64,000 bases of DNA, from positions 40,261,029 to 40,325,028 of the forward strand of contig NC_068984.1 in assembly GCF_001194135.2 (NCBI RefSeq). The letters are read 5' to 3'. Origin of the DNA: Octopus bimaculoides (lineage: Eukaryota). Positions within the stretch are counted from its first letter, which is position 1. Each line of letters begins with the position of its first letter. The translations under genes and the position numbers were made by a program. The notes beneath the pieces are model-generated. The model made no database searches. It was not told where the DNA came from and saw nothing but the letters and a program-made list of their open reading frames with translations. Positions 27,660-37,182 of this stretch are shown here, in pieces.

Positions 27660-28800
27660 AATACCATTGACAATGACTTTGAAGTTTCAGCCAGCTAAAC
27701 CATTATCAGACTGCAATTCATTGAAGTTAATCTTGGCTTTATGTAGTCTCTGTTGAGTTAAAATACTCTTTGAGTATGTGAATTTGATTGGAATAGTAGT
27801 TAGGTTGTAGGGTAGGTTGTGGCAGAGAGGTGTTTTGGAGAAATTTTTATTGATTAAATTTGAGGTTATGTTATTATTTAGAATTTATTCATGTATGTAG
27901 AACTTTGTTAGCAGGTGTGTATATTTATGTGTGCTCTCTTCAGGTCATGGGATTGTTTTTAAGTGGTTCACAAAAAGAGTGTAGGTAGGTTTAGAATGTG
28001 CTAGTAGTTTTAGTTATTTTTGGTTTTACTAGATTTGACAATGTAATGGTCAGAGGTTCAAAGTTTAGTCCAGTATTTAAAAACTAAGTAATTGGGTTCA
28101 CAAAAGAATATAAGTAGGTGGTATGTTGTTTGCATTTACTTGTTTGCATTTGGAAGGTAGGGGTTATTAGTCTGGCATATCATGTTGTTAATATAGAAAT
28201 TTGTTTATCTTGTGCTTTGATGTTCACAGAAGGATATTGGTAGGTATAAAAGTTGTTGGTCTGTATGTTTCTCTCTAAGGGTTCATTGTTCTATAAGCAA
28301 TTGTATTAATATGTAGAAATTCTAACATTTGTTTCTTATGGAGGCAGATTTTGTGGTCTATGTGTTTATAAATATTTCTTCAATTCTGTTTCAAATGTGG
28401 TCTTTTTATAATATATATTTTAGGCCTATGTACAAATGTGTTGATATGCACATGTATAAAAATGGGAATAGAATTTAATTTTAAACATTGATTTAAAAAT
28501 TAAAAATGGGATTAAAAAGAAAAAGGAACTTCCAAATTGCTTGCATACAAATATATATTTATGTGTGTATGTAGGTTTGTGGGCTTACATTAGAAAATCT
28601 TTTGTTGGGGTTCTGGTTGGAGATAGGGAAACTATTAGATAATTTTTACAGTACATGTTTAGTGTAAAACTTTAAAAATGTTTTTTATATATATTATGGG
28701 GACAATTTATGGTGTAAATGGAAGAAGTTGGTGAGATTTTTTTAATGTTTAGCTGTTAGAAAAATATATTGGTTTGAAATGTTTTAGTGTTTTAAGATTG
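27660..28800 (-). mobile_element. Decayed Penelope-like element (GIY-YIG endonuclease and 3' terminal repeat region)
   Basis: Minus FLYMCISTHLYIGL (about 28465-28420), then KTTFET-like sequence, AC-rich minus strand, and a hammerhead-like motif at the 3' end (27666-27717). Confidence 0.6.
27666..27717 (-). ncRNA. Decayed type I hammerhead ribozyme motif
   Basis: Minus strand reads attgcagt-CTGATAA-t-ggt ttagctg gct-GAAAC-ttcaaa-GTC-attgtcaat. Stem I cagt/attg, stem III AC/GT, GUC cleavage triplet. G8>A core change. Confidence 0.5.
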
Positions 28801-29889
28801 TACTTGCATGAAGAGACTAGTTTAGGTTCAGAATTTGGTTCTTCAGTGAGAATATGATAGGATTCATGAGTACAAAGTTAGCAGAGTTTCTTGTTACCTT
28901 GCTGTGGTTGTGTATGTGAGTGTATTTTCCGATTGATGCTAAATAGAGCATTTTTTTCATTTTAATGCTTGTGTGTGTGTGTGTGTGTGTAGCATAACAT
29001 ACAGGTGCAGACATGGTTGTGTAGTAAGGAGTTTGCTTCTCAACCACATGGTTCTGGGTTCAGTCCACTGCATGGCACCTTCTACTGTAATCTTGTTTGG
29101 ATTTGGTTGATGGAAACTGAAAGAAGCCCATCGGAAATGTATGGAAAAGTGGCGATTAAAATGATGATGATAATGATGATACATTTTGACATAATATTTT
29201 AATAATATTTTCCATCGATAGAAATAAATGTTCTTCAAGACTGAAAATATATTGTTGGATATCTAAAGATACTTTGTTCTTTCCAAAAACCTTTGTCGCT
29301 CTTGTTCATATCATACACGAGGCATTTTAGTCTGTCGTAGGTTTTTTTCCTTTTTATCCAGAGGCTCAGTAGTACTAAATTGTTACACCAGAATAATTCT
29401 TTCATACAAAATAACTTAGTTTTGAGTATGATATTTTGTGCATGGTTAAACTTCTTTCAAGGTGTATAATGTTGATATGCTTTCTTGTGCCACTGTGTTT
29501 TGAAAATTAATTTTCCACTGAATAGCTATGCATTACACAGGTTTATTCTAGTGTACTTATCTATAACTTCCTTGTAATTGAATCCCATTCTGCCTTTCTG
29601 TAGCTAAATTTCTTGAAGAAAATTTATTTTTAGTGATTGTGTGTATGCTTGCAGTATTTTCTGGATTGTATATAGTCAGCTCTATAACAATGTCAGTTAT
29701 TTTTACTGAGATTAGTTTGATAGATATAAGGAAAAAGACAATTATTGCTTGTGTGAAACAAGTCAAGATAGCAATGAGTTGCATAATGATATTGCAAAAT
29801 GAAATAAATCCTGACTACTTTTGAGTGAAGCTGTCTCTCTTGGTTGATACCTATGCTTTTCAAGGTCATTCATATATGCACGGGGATGC

Positions 29890-30046
29890 ATAGGTGCAGG
29901 CACGACTGTGTGATTAAGAAGCTTGCTTCCCACCCATGTGGTTTCGTGTACAGTCCCACCATGTGGTACTTTGGGTGTCTTCTACTATAACCTTGAACTA
30001 ACTAAAACCTTGTGATAGAATTTGGTAGAAACTGAAAGCAAGCCAT

Positions 30047-30079
<33 letters not shown>

Positions 30080-30325
30080 AGGAAGTGTAGATGTGATGAG
30101 TGTGTCCCTTTGTCTCGACATCATGTGATGGTTGCAAACAAGCATTGTTTTTAGTCTTCCATGAAAAACATGTCAGCCCATAAGAAAATATTACTTTGCT
30201 TAGAAAGAAGTGGAAGTTGGCAACAAGTAGGGTATCCACTCAGAAAATATGCCTCAGTGAATTCCATCTGATCCATACAAGCATGGAAAGGTCAATATTA
30301 AAATGATGATGATGGTGGTGAAGAT
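29890..30325 (+). mobile_element. Composite SINE: same tRNA/CORE-like head, (TG)n, second body and RTE-type 3' tail
   Basis: Head 29890-30050, (TG)n, then ...GAAAATATTACTTTGCTTAGAA...AAGCATGGAAAGG...TAAAATGATGATGATG. Related copies at about 23990-24385 (-), 40960-41395 (-), 43590-43985 (-) and 54480-54730 (+). Confidence 0.65.
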
Positions 30326-30582
30326 GAGTAAAGTTGAAGTTGATCATGGAGAAACATGACATAAGCCACCTGATTTCACTAGCTACCATTCCACAGTGCT
30401 TTGTATTTTTATTCTTTTACTGGTTTTAGTCATTGGATAGCAGCCATGCTTGGACATTGCCTCCAGAGGTTTTTAGTTGATTACAGCAATTAGAGCACTC
30501 AGCTTTGGTGATGTTGCCAGCTCCACTCAGCAGTAAAGATTTTTAGGCATAGATAGAGGTTATTTTAGTGGTATGGAAAGAA

Positions 30583-31705
30583 CATCATCATCATCATCGT
30601 CGTTTAATGTCCACTTTCCATGCTGGCATGGGTTGGACAGTTCGACTGAGGGCTGGCAAGCCAGAAAGCTGTACCAGGCTTCAATCCAATCTGGCAAGGT
30701 TTCTACAGCTGGATGCCCTTCTTAACGCCAACCACTCCGAGAGTGTAGTGGGTGCTTTTTACATGCTACCAGTACGAGGGCCAGTCAGGCGGTACTGGCA
30801 TTGACCACACTTGAATGGTGCTTTTTACGTGCCACTGGCACAGGACCAGTCAGCCAGCACTGGCAGCGACCACACTAGAATGGTGCTTTTTATGTGGCAT
30901 GGGTGCCAATCAGGCAGTACTGTCATCGGCTGCAACAACAACTTCACTCGTCTCAACAGGTTTTTGCAAGCGCAGTTTATTGCCCAATGATTGAAGGGTA
31001 CTCTTAAATGGGCTGATTATGCTGCACTGGCATAGGCCATGGTTACGGTCTCACTCTGCTTGCCAGGTCTTCTCAAGCACAGTATATCTCCAAAAGTCTC
31101 TGTCATTTGTCATCGCTTTGATGTGGCCCAATGTTCAAATGTTGTGCTTCACTACCTCATCCCAGGTCTTCCTGGGTCTACCTCTTCCACAGGTTCCCTC
31201 TACTGCTAGGGTGTGACACTTTTTCACACAGCTATCGTTATCCATTCTCACCAAATGACCATACCAGTGGAATCGTCTGTCTTGCACACCACAACTGATG
31301 CTTCGTAAGTTCAACTTTTCTCTCAAGGTACTTACCCTCTGTCTAGTATGCACACTGACATGACACATCCATCGGAGCATACTGGCTTCATTCCTTGCAA
31401 GCTTATGAATGTCCTCAGCAATCACAGCCCGTGTTTCACTGCCATGTAGCATGGCTGTTCACACACATGTGTCATACAGTCTACCTTTTACTCTGAGCAA
31501 GAGGCCCTTCATCACCAGCAGAGGTAAGAGCTCTCTGAACTTTGCCCAGGCTATTCTTATTCAAGCAGCTACACTTTCAGAGCATCCACCCCTGCTACTG
31601 AGTTGGTCACCTAGGTAATGGAAGCTATCAACTACTTGTAGTTTTTCCTCCTGGAATGCGACAGAAGCTGTTTTCTGCACATTTTCAGTGTTTGTTGCCC
31701 AGAGG
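30583..31705 (-). mobile_element. 5'-truncated RTE-clade LINE, same family, with ORF2 end, 3' UTR and (GAT)n tail
   Basis: Minus ORF 31135-31452 MLHGSET...RRFHWYGHLVRMDNDSCVKKC...GRGRPRKTWDEVVK. It continues into the 3' UTR repeats and a (CAT)n tract on the + strand at about 30583-30600. Confidence 0.9.
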
Positions 31706-32599
31706 TGTAAGCCTGTGAGACTCTAGGATGGGGGACAGCAGTGTCATGTACCTGAAAAGAAAACTCGCATTTGGCAGAACTCGTAAACATGCAATAGCCT
31801 TCAACCTGCATACACTACACCATCATTTTTTTTATGCGCTGGTTATTGCTATCCTTGCATTCACTGAATCATCAATATGCTAAAGACTTATTAAAAAGGG
31901 ATGTCAATGGAAAAATGCAATAGAAGACACCCAATAAAGTTCTTACTCTTTCACCGCATGGCAATGTTAAAACCCATTCATTTAATTATGTTACCTTAAA
32001 TCCTAAGTTGGGATGGAGGAACATTAAGCCTTTGGAGGTGTTCATGGGAGAGACATCTGATAGAGGTCAGAGGATAGAGACTCTCGGTACAGGTGGTGGT
32101 TGCACCACGAAACAGCAAAAACTCAGGCTGCCAGTGTGAGAGAATATTGATGATAATAATGAGATGGAATCGGGAGTTATAACTAAGAGTTTTTGGTCAG
32201 CCAAACTGTGACAAAATTAAATAAGTGAATGAATAAATGACTATAATAAATGAGCGTGAAAGAGAGAGAGAAAGAGGGAGAGTTGGATCAAGCGAGGGGT
32301 CTTAAACATACAGCGTGGAAAACGAAACTGTGTTTATATAGATTGATACTGAAATAGATAGAATAATGAAATGAAATAATAGATAATTATGATCTTCACT
32401 GAAAAAAGAGGTTTAGATGTGTGCTAGATTGAAAAACAAGGTTGCTTATCTGAACATCTTCTGGTTTTCTACTCCATTTGGCAGGGTTTTAAAATATGAG
32501 GTAGAGGAATCTGAATGAGTGTGAAATAGTAAGAACTTTATTGGGTGTCTTCTATTGCATTTTTCCAAAGACATCTCTTTTTAATCAGTCTTTAGCATA

Positions 32600-32880
32600 T
32601 TGATTTAGTGAATGCAAGGATAGCAAAAACCAACTCAGCCTTTAGACGTCTTGGAGTGGATATGTAGTATCATGTCCAACTCCAAACTTCCTAAACAGAT
32701 CTTTTTCAGTGAACTATCTGCTGGCTCATGGTCACATGGACCAAGGAAGAGATACAAAGACACACTCAAGACAACCTTGAAAAAAGTGTAGCTTAGAGTA
32801 GTTTACTTGGGAACATCTTGGTCAGGATCACTCACTGAGGCATAGAGCTATACACATTCTGAATCTGATATGGCCAGAGA
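32600..32880 (+). mobile_element. RTE-BovB-like LINE C-terminal fragment with internal deletion
   Basis: VNARIAKTNSAFRRL followed by SKLPKQIFFSELSAGSWSHGPRKRYKDTLKTTLKK, resembling the BovB-type RLPKQxFxGEL...KRYKDTLK motif. Confidence 0.65.
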
Positions 32881-33058
32881 AGGTAAAGAGAGGAGGGCTG
32901 CATGGAAAGCAAGAGACCCATCAAATCCTGACTCTACTATTACATATCCCTATTTTAACTGCAAATTTCATGCCAAAATTAGCCAAATAAGCCACCTCAG
33001 GACCCACAAAGTATAAAGCTGATAACCTGGTCATCTACAGAAACATGAAAGATGAATC

Positions 33059-33106
<48 letters not shown>
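33059..33106. repeat. (AAT)n microsatellite
   Basis: Direct inspection. Other trinucleotide tracts: (ATT)n 50285-50345 and 52141-52190, (TAC)n 52745-52795. (TA)n tracts at 5487-5550 and 27286-27340. Confidence 0.98.
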
Positions 33107-33109
<3 letters not shown>

Positions 33110-33473
33110 GAGCACTCAGAGAGTGCAAACCTTTGGCAAGGTAACACCAACATTCTCTCAGCGATTAGCCAGAGATGATTTTTAAAATGAGAATAGCTGA
33201 AATAAACTCAACTGCTCTCACAAACGAAAATACTAAAAATGAACCTGACCACTCTCTCAAAAATTAAGTAAAAAAGCAGGAAAAATAATCCAGAATCCTT
33301 GTCCAGTACTTGCTTGATCCCCAAATCTAATCAGTTTGTGCCAGTCACAAGGTCAAACATCCCTGAAAGTTTCATCTGAATCCATCCTGTGGTTCTTGAG
33401 ATATCTTGTCCACAGACAAACAAACAAACACAACTGTAAACAATATCTCCACCTTTGCTAAGGCAGAGGTAAT
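33105..33473 (-). mobile_element. Helentron-associated non-autonomous element (HINE/DINE-1-like)
   Basis: Terminal 6-bp hairpin GCACTC-AGA-GAGTGC at one end, degenerate subterminal inverted repeats (AAACCTTTGGCAAGG and CTAAGGCAGAGGTAA), internal (CAAA)n/GTCY-type microsatellite, and AA/TT junctions. Confidence 0.6.
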
Positions 33474-33890
33474 AATCCTTTCTACTATAGGCACAAGGCC
33501 TGAAATTTTGGTGGAGAGGACTAGTCAATCACATCGACCTCAGTGTTTCACTGGTACTTAATTTATCAACTCTGTAAAGATGAGAGGCAAAGTCAACTTC
33601 AGCGGAATTTGAACTCAGAGTGTTGCAACAGGTGAAATACCGCTAAGCATTTCATTCAGCATGTTAATGATTCTGACAGCTCGCTGCCTTCAATAATAAT
33701 GATAATCCTTTCTTCTATAGGCCTGAAATTTTTAGGGAGGGGACTAGATGATGACATCAACACCAGTGTTCAACTGGTACTTATTTTATTGATCCCAAAA
33801 AGACGAAAGGCAACATTTGAGTTCAGAACGAAAAGACAAATGAAATCCCACTAAGCATTTTGCCTGGCATGCTAATGATTCTGCCAGCCC
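33474..33890 (-). mobile_element. Two tandem copies of a second tRNA-derived SINE family (GTTCAAATTCC...GACTTTGCCT...AATTTCAGGCCTTGTGCCTATAGTAGAAAGGATTATT)
   Basis: Copies at 33474-33695 and 33703-33890. Further copies at about 460-635, 6690-6790, 15955-16110, 20400-20545, 34330-34490, 39300-39492, 56305-56470, 60960-61180 and 63495-63670. Confidence 0.75.
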
Positions 33891-33900
33891 ACCTGGCATT

Positions 33901-33937
<37 letters not shown>

Positions 33938-34515
33938 GCATGTTTAATTTCTTCCCTTGAACTATTTTGTGGATCAAATAGGTTTGCTTTTTAAAGGCAG
34001 ATGAGTGTAATTTGAAGGAGATTTGGTTGGTATTTCTATTTGTTTATTGTCTACCTTGTCGGTTCAAAGAATCAGAGTATCCAGTAGGGACATAATTGAG
34101 GTCACTTTGAGATTACTAGTGTTGAAAGTCCCCTGGCATTCTCTGCAACCATTTGGTGTACAGGTGAGGAGATTTATCAAATGAGATGAGAATTTACTTA
34201 ATGACATTGCAAGTCTGTCACCATTTTTTTTCTAGGCTCTGAAGGGCATACTTTTATCAGTGACTTGAGGTCTAATTTGGACTTGAAATTCACATAACTG
34301 AATGAGGTATCCCAGATATCTTGTCCAATGTTCTAACATTCTACTAATCTGCTGCCCTGGGCTGGTACTTCTTTATTAATCCTGAAAGGCTGAAAAGCAA
34401 CATGAGTCTTGAGGGATTTGAATGCAGAGTGCAGAAAATTGAAACAAATGTTGCAAAGTTTCCAACTGATGCTTATTATGACTCTACCAAACTGACATCA
34501 CACATATGTTGTGTG

Positions 34516-34690
34516 TATGAGGGGGTGCTGAAAAGTTCCTGGCTTTGGTTAAAAGAAAATACAGGAGGATCAATTAACTATGATTTTATTCAGCATGTTC
34601 CCCTCTCAGATTCTCACACTTATTGCAGTGGTTCTTCAGTTTTTTTAAGCCCTGTAAAAGAACTTAGAAGGTTGGGCCTCTAACTAAGTC
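34516..34690 (+). mobile_element. Mariner-type terminal inverted repeat and non-autonomous element left end
   Basis: TA followed by (C>T)GAGGGGGTGCTGAAAAGTTCCTGGC, a typical mariner TIR start. The other end is not visible (N gap at 34718). Confidence 0.6.
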
Positions 34691-34920
34691 TTTCTAACTG
34701 GGCCTCTAACTAACCCTNNNNNNNNNNNNNNNNNNNNNNNNNNNNNNNNNNNNNNNNNNNNNNNNNNNNNNNNNNNNNNNNNNNNNNNNNNNNNNNNNNN
34801 NNNNNNNNNNNNNNNNNNNNNNNNNNNNNNNNNNNNNNNNNNNNNNNNNNNNNNNNNTGTGTGTGTGTGTGTGTGTGTCTGTGTGTGCGTGTGCGCGCGT
34901 ATGTGCGTGCATGCGTGTGC

Positions 34921-34968
<48 letters not shown>

Positions 34969-35149
34969 CTGTATGCATAGTGGTATTTATGTTAACATTC
35001 CATGTTCATGTTACGACCAGTTGCTTTGCACTTTTAATGACCCTGTAGAACATAAAAATCTCTTATCTAAAGAAAATAAGGTAAGGGTTGGCTGCTGTAG
35101 AAGAAAATCCTGCTTCCAAGTCAGTTTCATTTGTTGAACAAATGATATG

Positions 35150-35410
35150 TGTGAAAGGTGCTCTTTACATGCCACTGGCATGGGTGCCAGTTATGTGACC
35201 CCAGCATCGGCCAGGACTACAATTTCACTTGGCTTGGTGAGTCTTCTCAAGCACAGCATATTGCCAAAGGTCTCAGTCACTAGTCATTGTCTCTGTGAGG
35301 CTCAAAGTGCGAAGATCATGCTTCACCACTTTGTCCCATGTTTTCCTGAGTTTACCTCTGCCACAGGTTCCCTCCACTGTTAGAGATTGGCACTTCTTTA
35401 CACAGCTCTA
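35150..35410 (-). mobile_element. RTE fragment (ORF2 end and start of 3' UTR)
   Basis: Aligns by eye to 31050-31240 (CTTCTCAAGCACAG, CCTCTGCCACAGGTTCCCTC, CACTTCTTTACACAGCT). Confidence 0.75.
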
Positions 35411-35420
35411 TTCTTTACAC

Positions 35421-35687
35421 AATTCCTTGCTACACTAACGATGAACTGAAGGCAAGGATTATGGCAGCATTCACCAACTTAAACAAGAAGACTGTCCAGA
35501 AAAGTTCCAGGAGATTCTGAAGTCGTCTGGAGGCCATGGTTGAAGCTGAGGGTGATTTTATTGAATAAATTTACTCTAGTATTTTGAGATATTTTTATGT
35601 TTGGCAGATATATCTGTTAAAATAAGATATCAGTGTTATTTTCATTTTTGCATAATTTAGACGACGATTTATTCACTGCACCCTGTA
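35421..35687 (+). mobile_element. Tc1/mariner (maT/DD37D-like) transposase C-terminus and right TIR
   Basis: PCYTNDELKARIMAAFTNLNKKTVQKSSRRF*SRLEAMVEAEGDFIE* (premature TGA, probably from CGA), ending CACTGCACCCTG-TA. Confidence 0.75.
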
Positions 35688-35931
35688 TATATATATAAAT
35701 ATGCACACACACACAATGTAAAGATATGTATGTGCATAGATATATCCACATATATTTATGCATATTTATATATAATTATCATCATTTTAACATCTATTTC
35801 TCATTGCATTCAGGGATTAAATGAGACTTTATTGAGAAAGAATTCTCTATGACTGGATGACCCTCTTGACATCAGTCATAAATGTATATATGTATGTGTG
35901 TATGTTTATATATGTGTGTGTGTTTGTGGGT

Positions 35932-35962
<31 letters not shown>

Positions 35963-37143
35963 TATATATGCTTACAAGTATGCATTCATATGCATGTGTG
36001 TATGTGCGTGGAGGGTACATACACTCACATGCATGTATATATGTACTCATACATGTAGGCATATATCTATTGGTGAATATATCTATAGGTGGTACTAAGA
36101 ATTAGAAGTATTATAATCTGCATTGACATGCATTTGTGTGGGTGTATAAGTGTGGATGTGTATGTGTGTATGTACACACACACATATGCACACATCCATA
36201 TGTATATGTGTATTTGTATATATGTACATATACACAAATATACATACATATATATATATATATGTGCAAATGTGTGTGTATATTTCTTTTAATTTCTGAA
36301 TATTTGAATATATATATATAAAATGGGTGTGTGTATGCATGCATATATGTGTTTGTGTATGCATATATATAATGTGTGACTGTGTATGTAATATGTATGT
36401 GTGTGTGTGAACACATGTATGTTTGTGTGTATGTTAAGCTGTAACCACAAACATTAGTGTTGTTCTTCAATGCAGTTATGTCCCTTCACTCTTTGTTAAA
36501 ATGCATTATCCATTTGTCATCTTTCCAAGCCTAGCTGTGGTTACATCAATGGCTTCTGTTCTACTGCACCTAACTAGAATGTATTAGCATCCTCTGCTGC
36601 TCTGCCATCAGCTTTCCTCTCCTCTTGCTAGCCGGCTCCTTTCACAGACATTCCAGAGGAAAATTCCATTAGAGATGACTATATAATGTCGTATAGTGCT
36701 GGTGTTGCTCGGCCCGGCTCTATGATACTATCACTAGCACCACAGCCATCCATTTATGCCTTAGCTATGAATTCGTATCAATACGATTCTTCTTCAATTC
36801 TATGGGTTTGATTGCTGAATACTTCTACTGCTACTTGACTAAATGCCTGTCTGCTAGTAGCTTTTATACTTCTTACATCATGGTAAGTAAATTGATAATT
36901 TTTCTTAGCAAAGAAATTGTATTCTTTTTGTTTGTCTTTTTTTTAAAATAAATTCTTTCCACTCATATTCAACAAAGCTATCTATGGGAGAGGAATGAGG
37001 CTAAAGGGTTACAGTTTTGTATCCTTATTTTTAGTACTGTTACACATTAACTTAGAATGGATGTGATAAACTGATAGTTTGGTTTGAATATTGTCATTAC
37101 CTGTGTGCTTTGCTTTGCTAAAATACCAGTGCTACACATATGA

Positions 37144-37182
<39 letters not shown>

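Noticed and set aside
29557-29824. Overlapping hydrophobic ORFs on both strands
   Set aside because: There are no recognisable motifs or convincing exon boundaries; AT-rich composition explains the hydrophobic residues.
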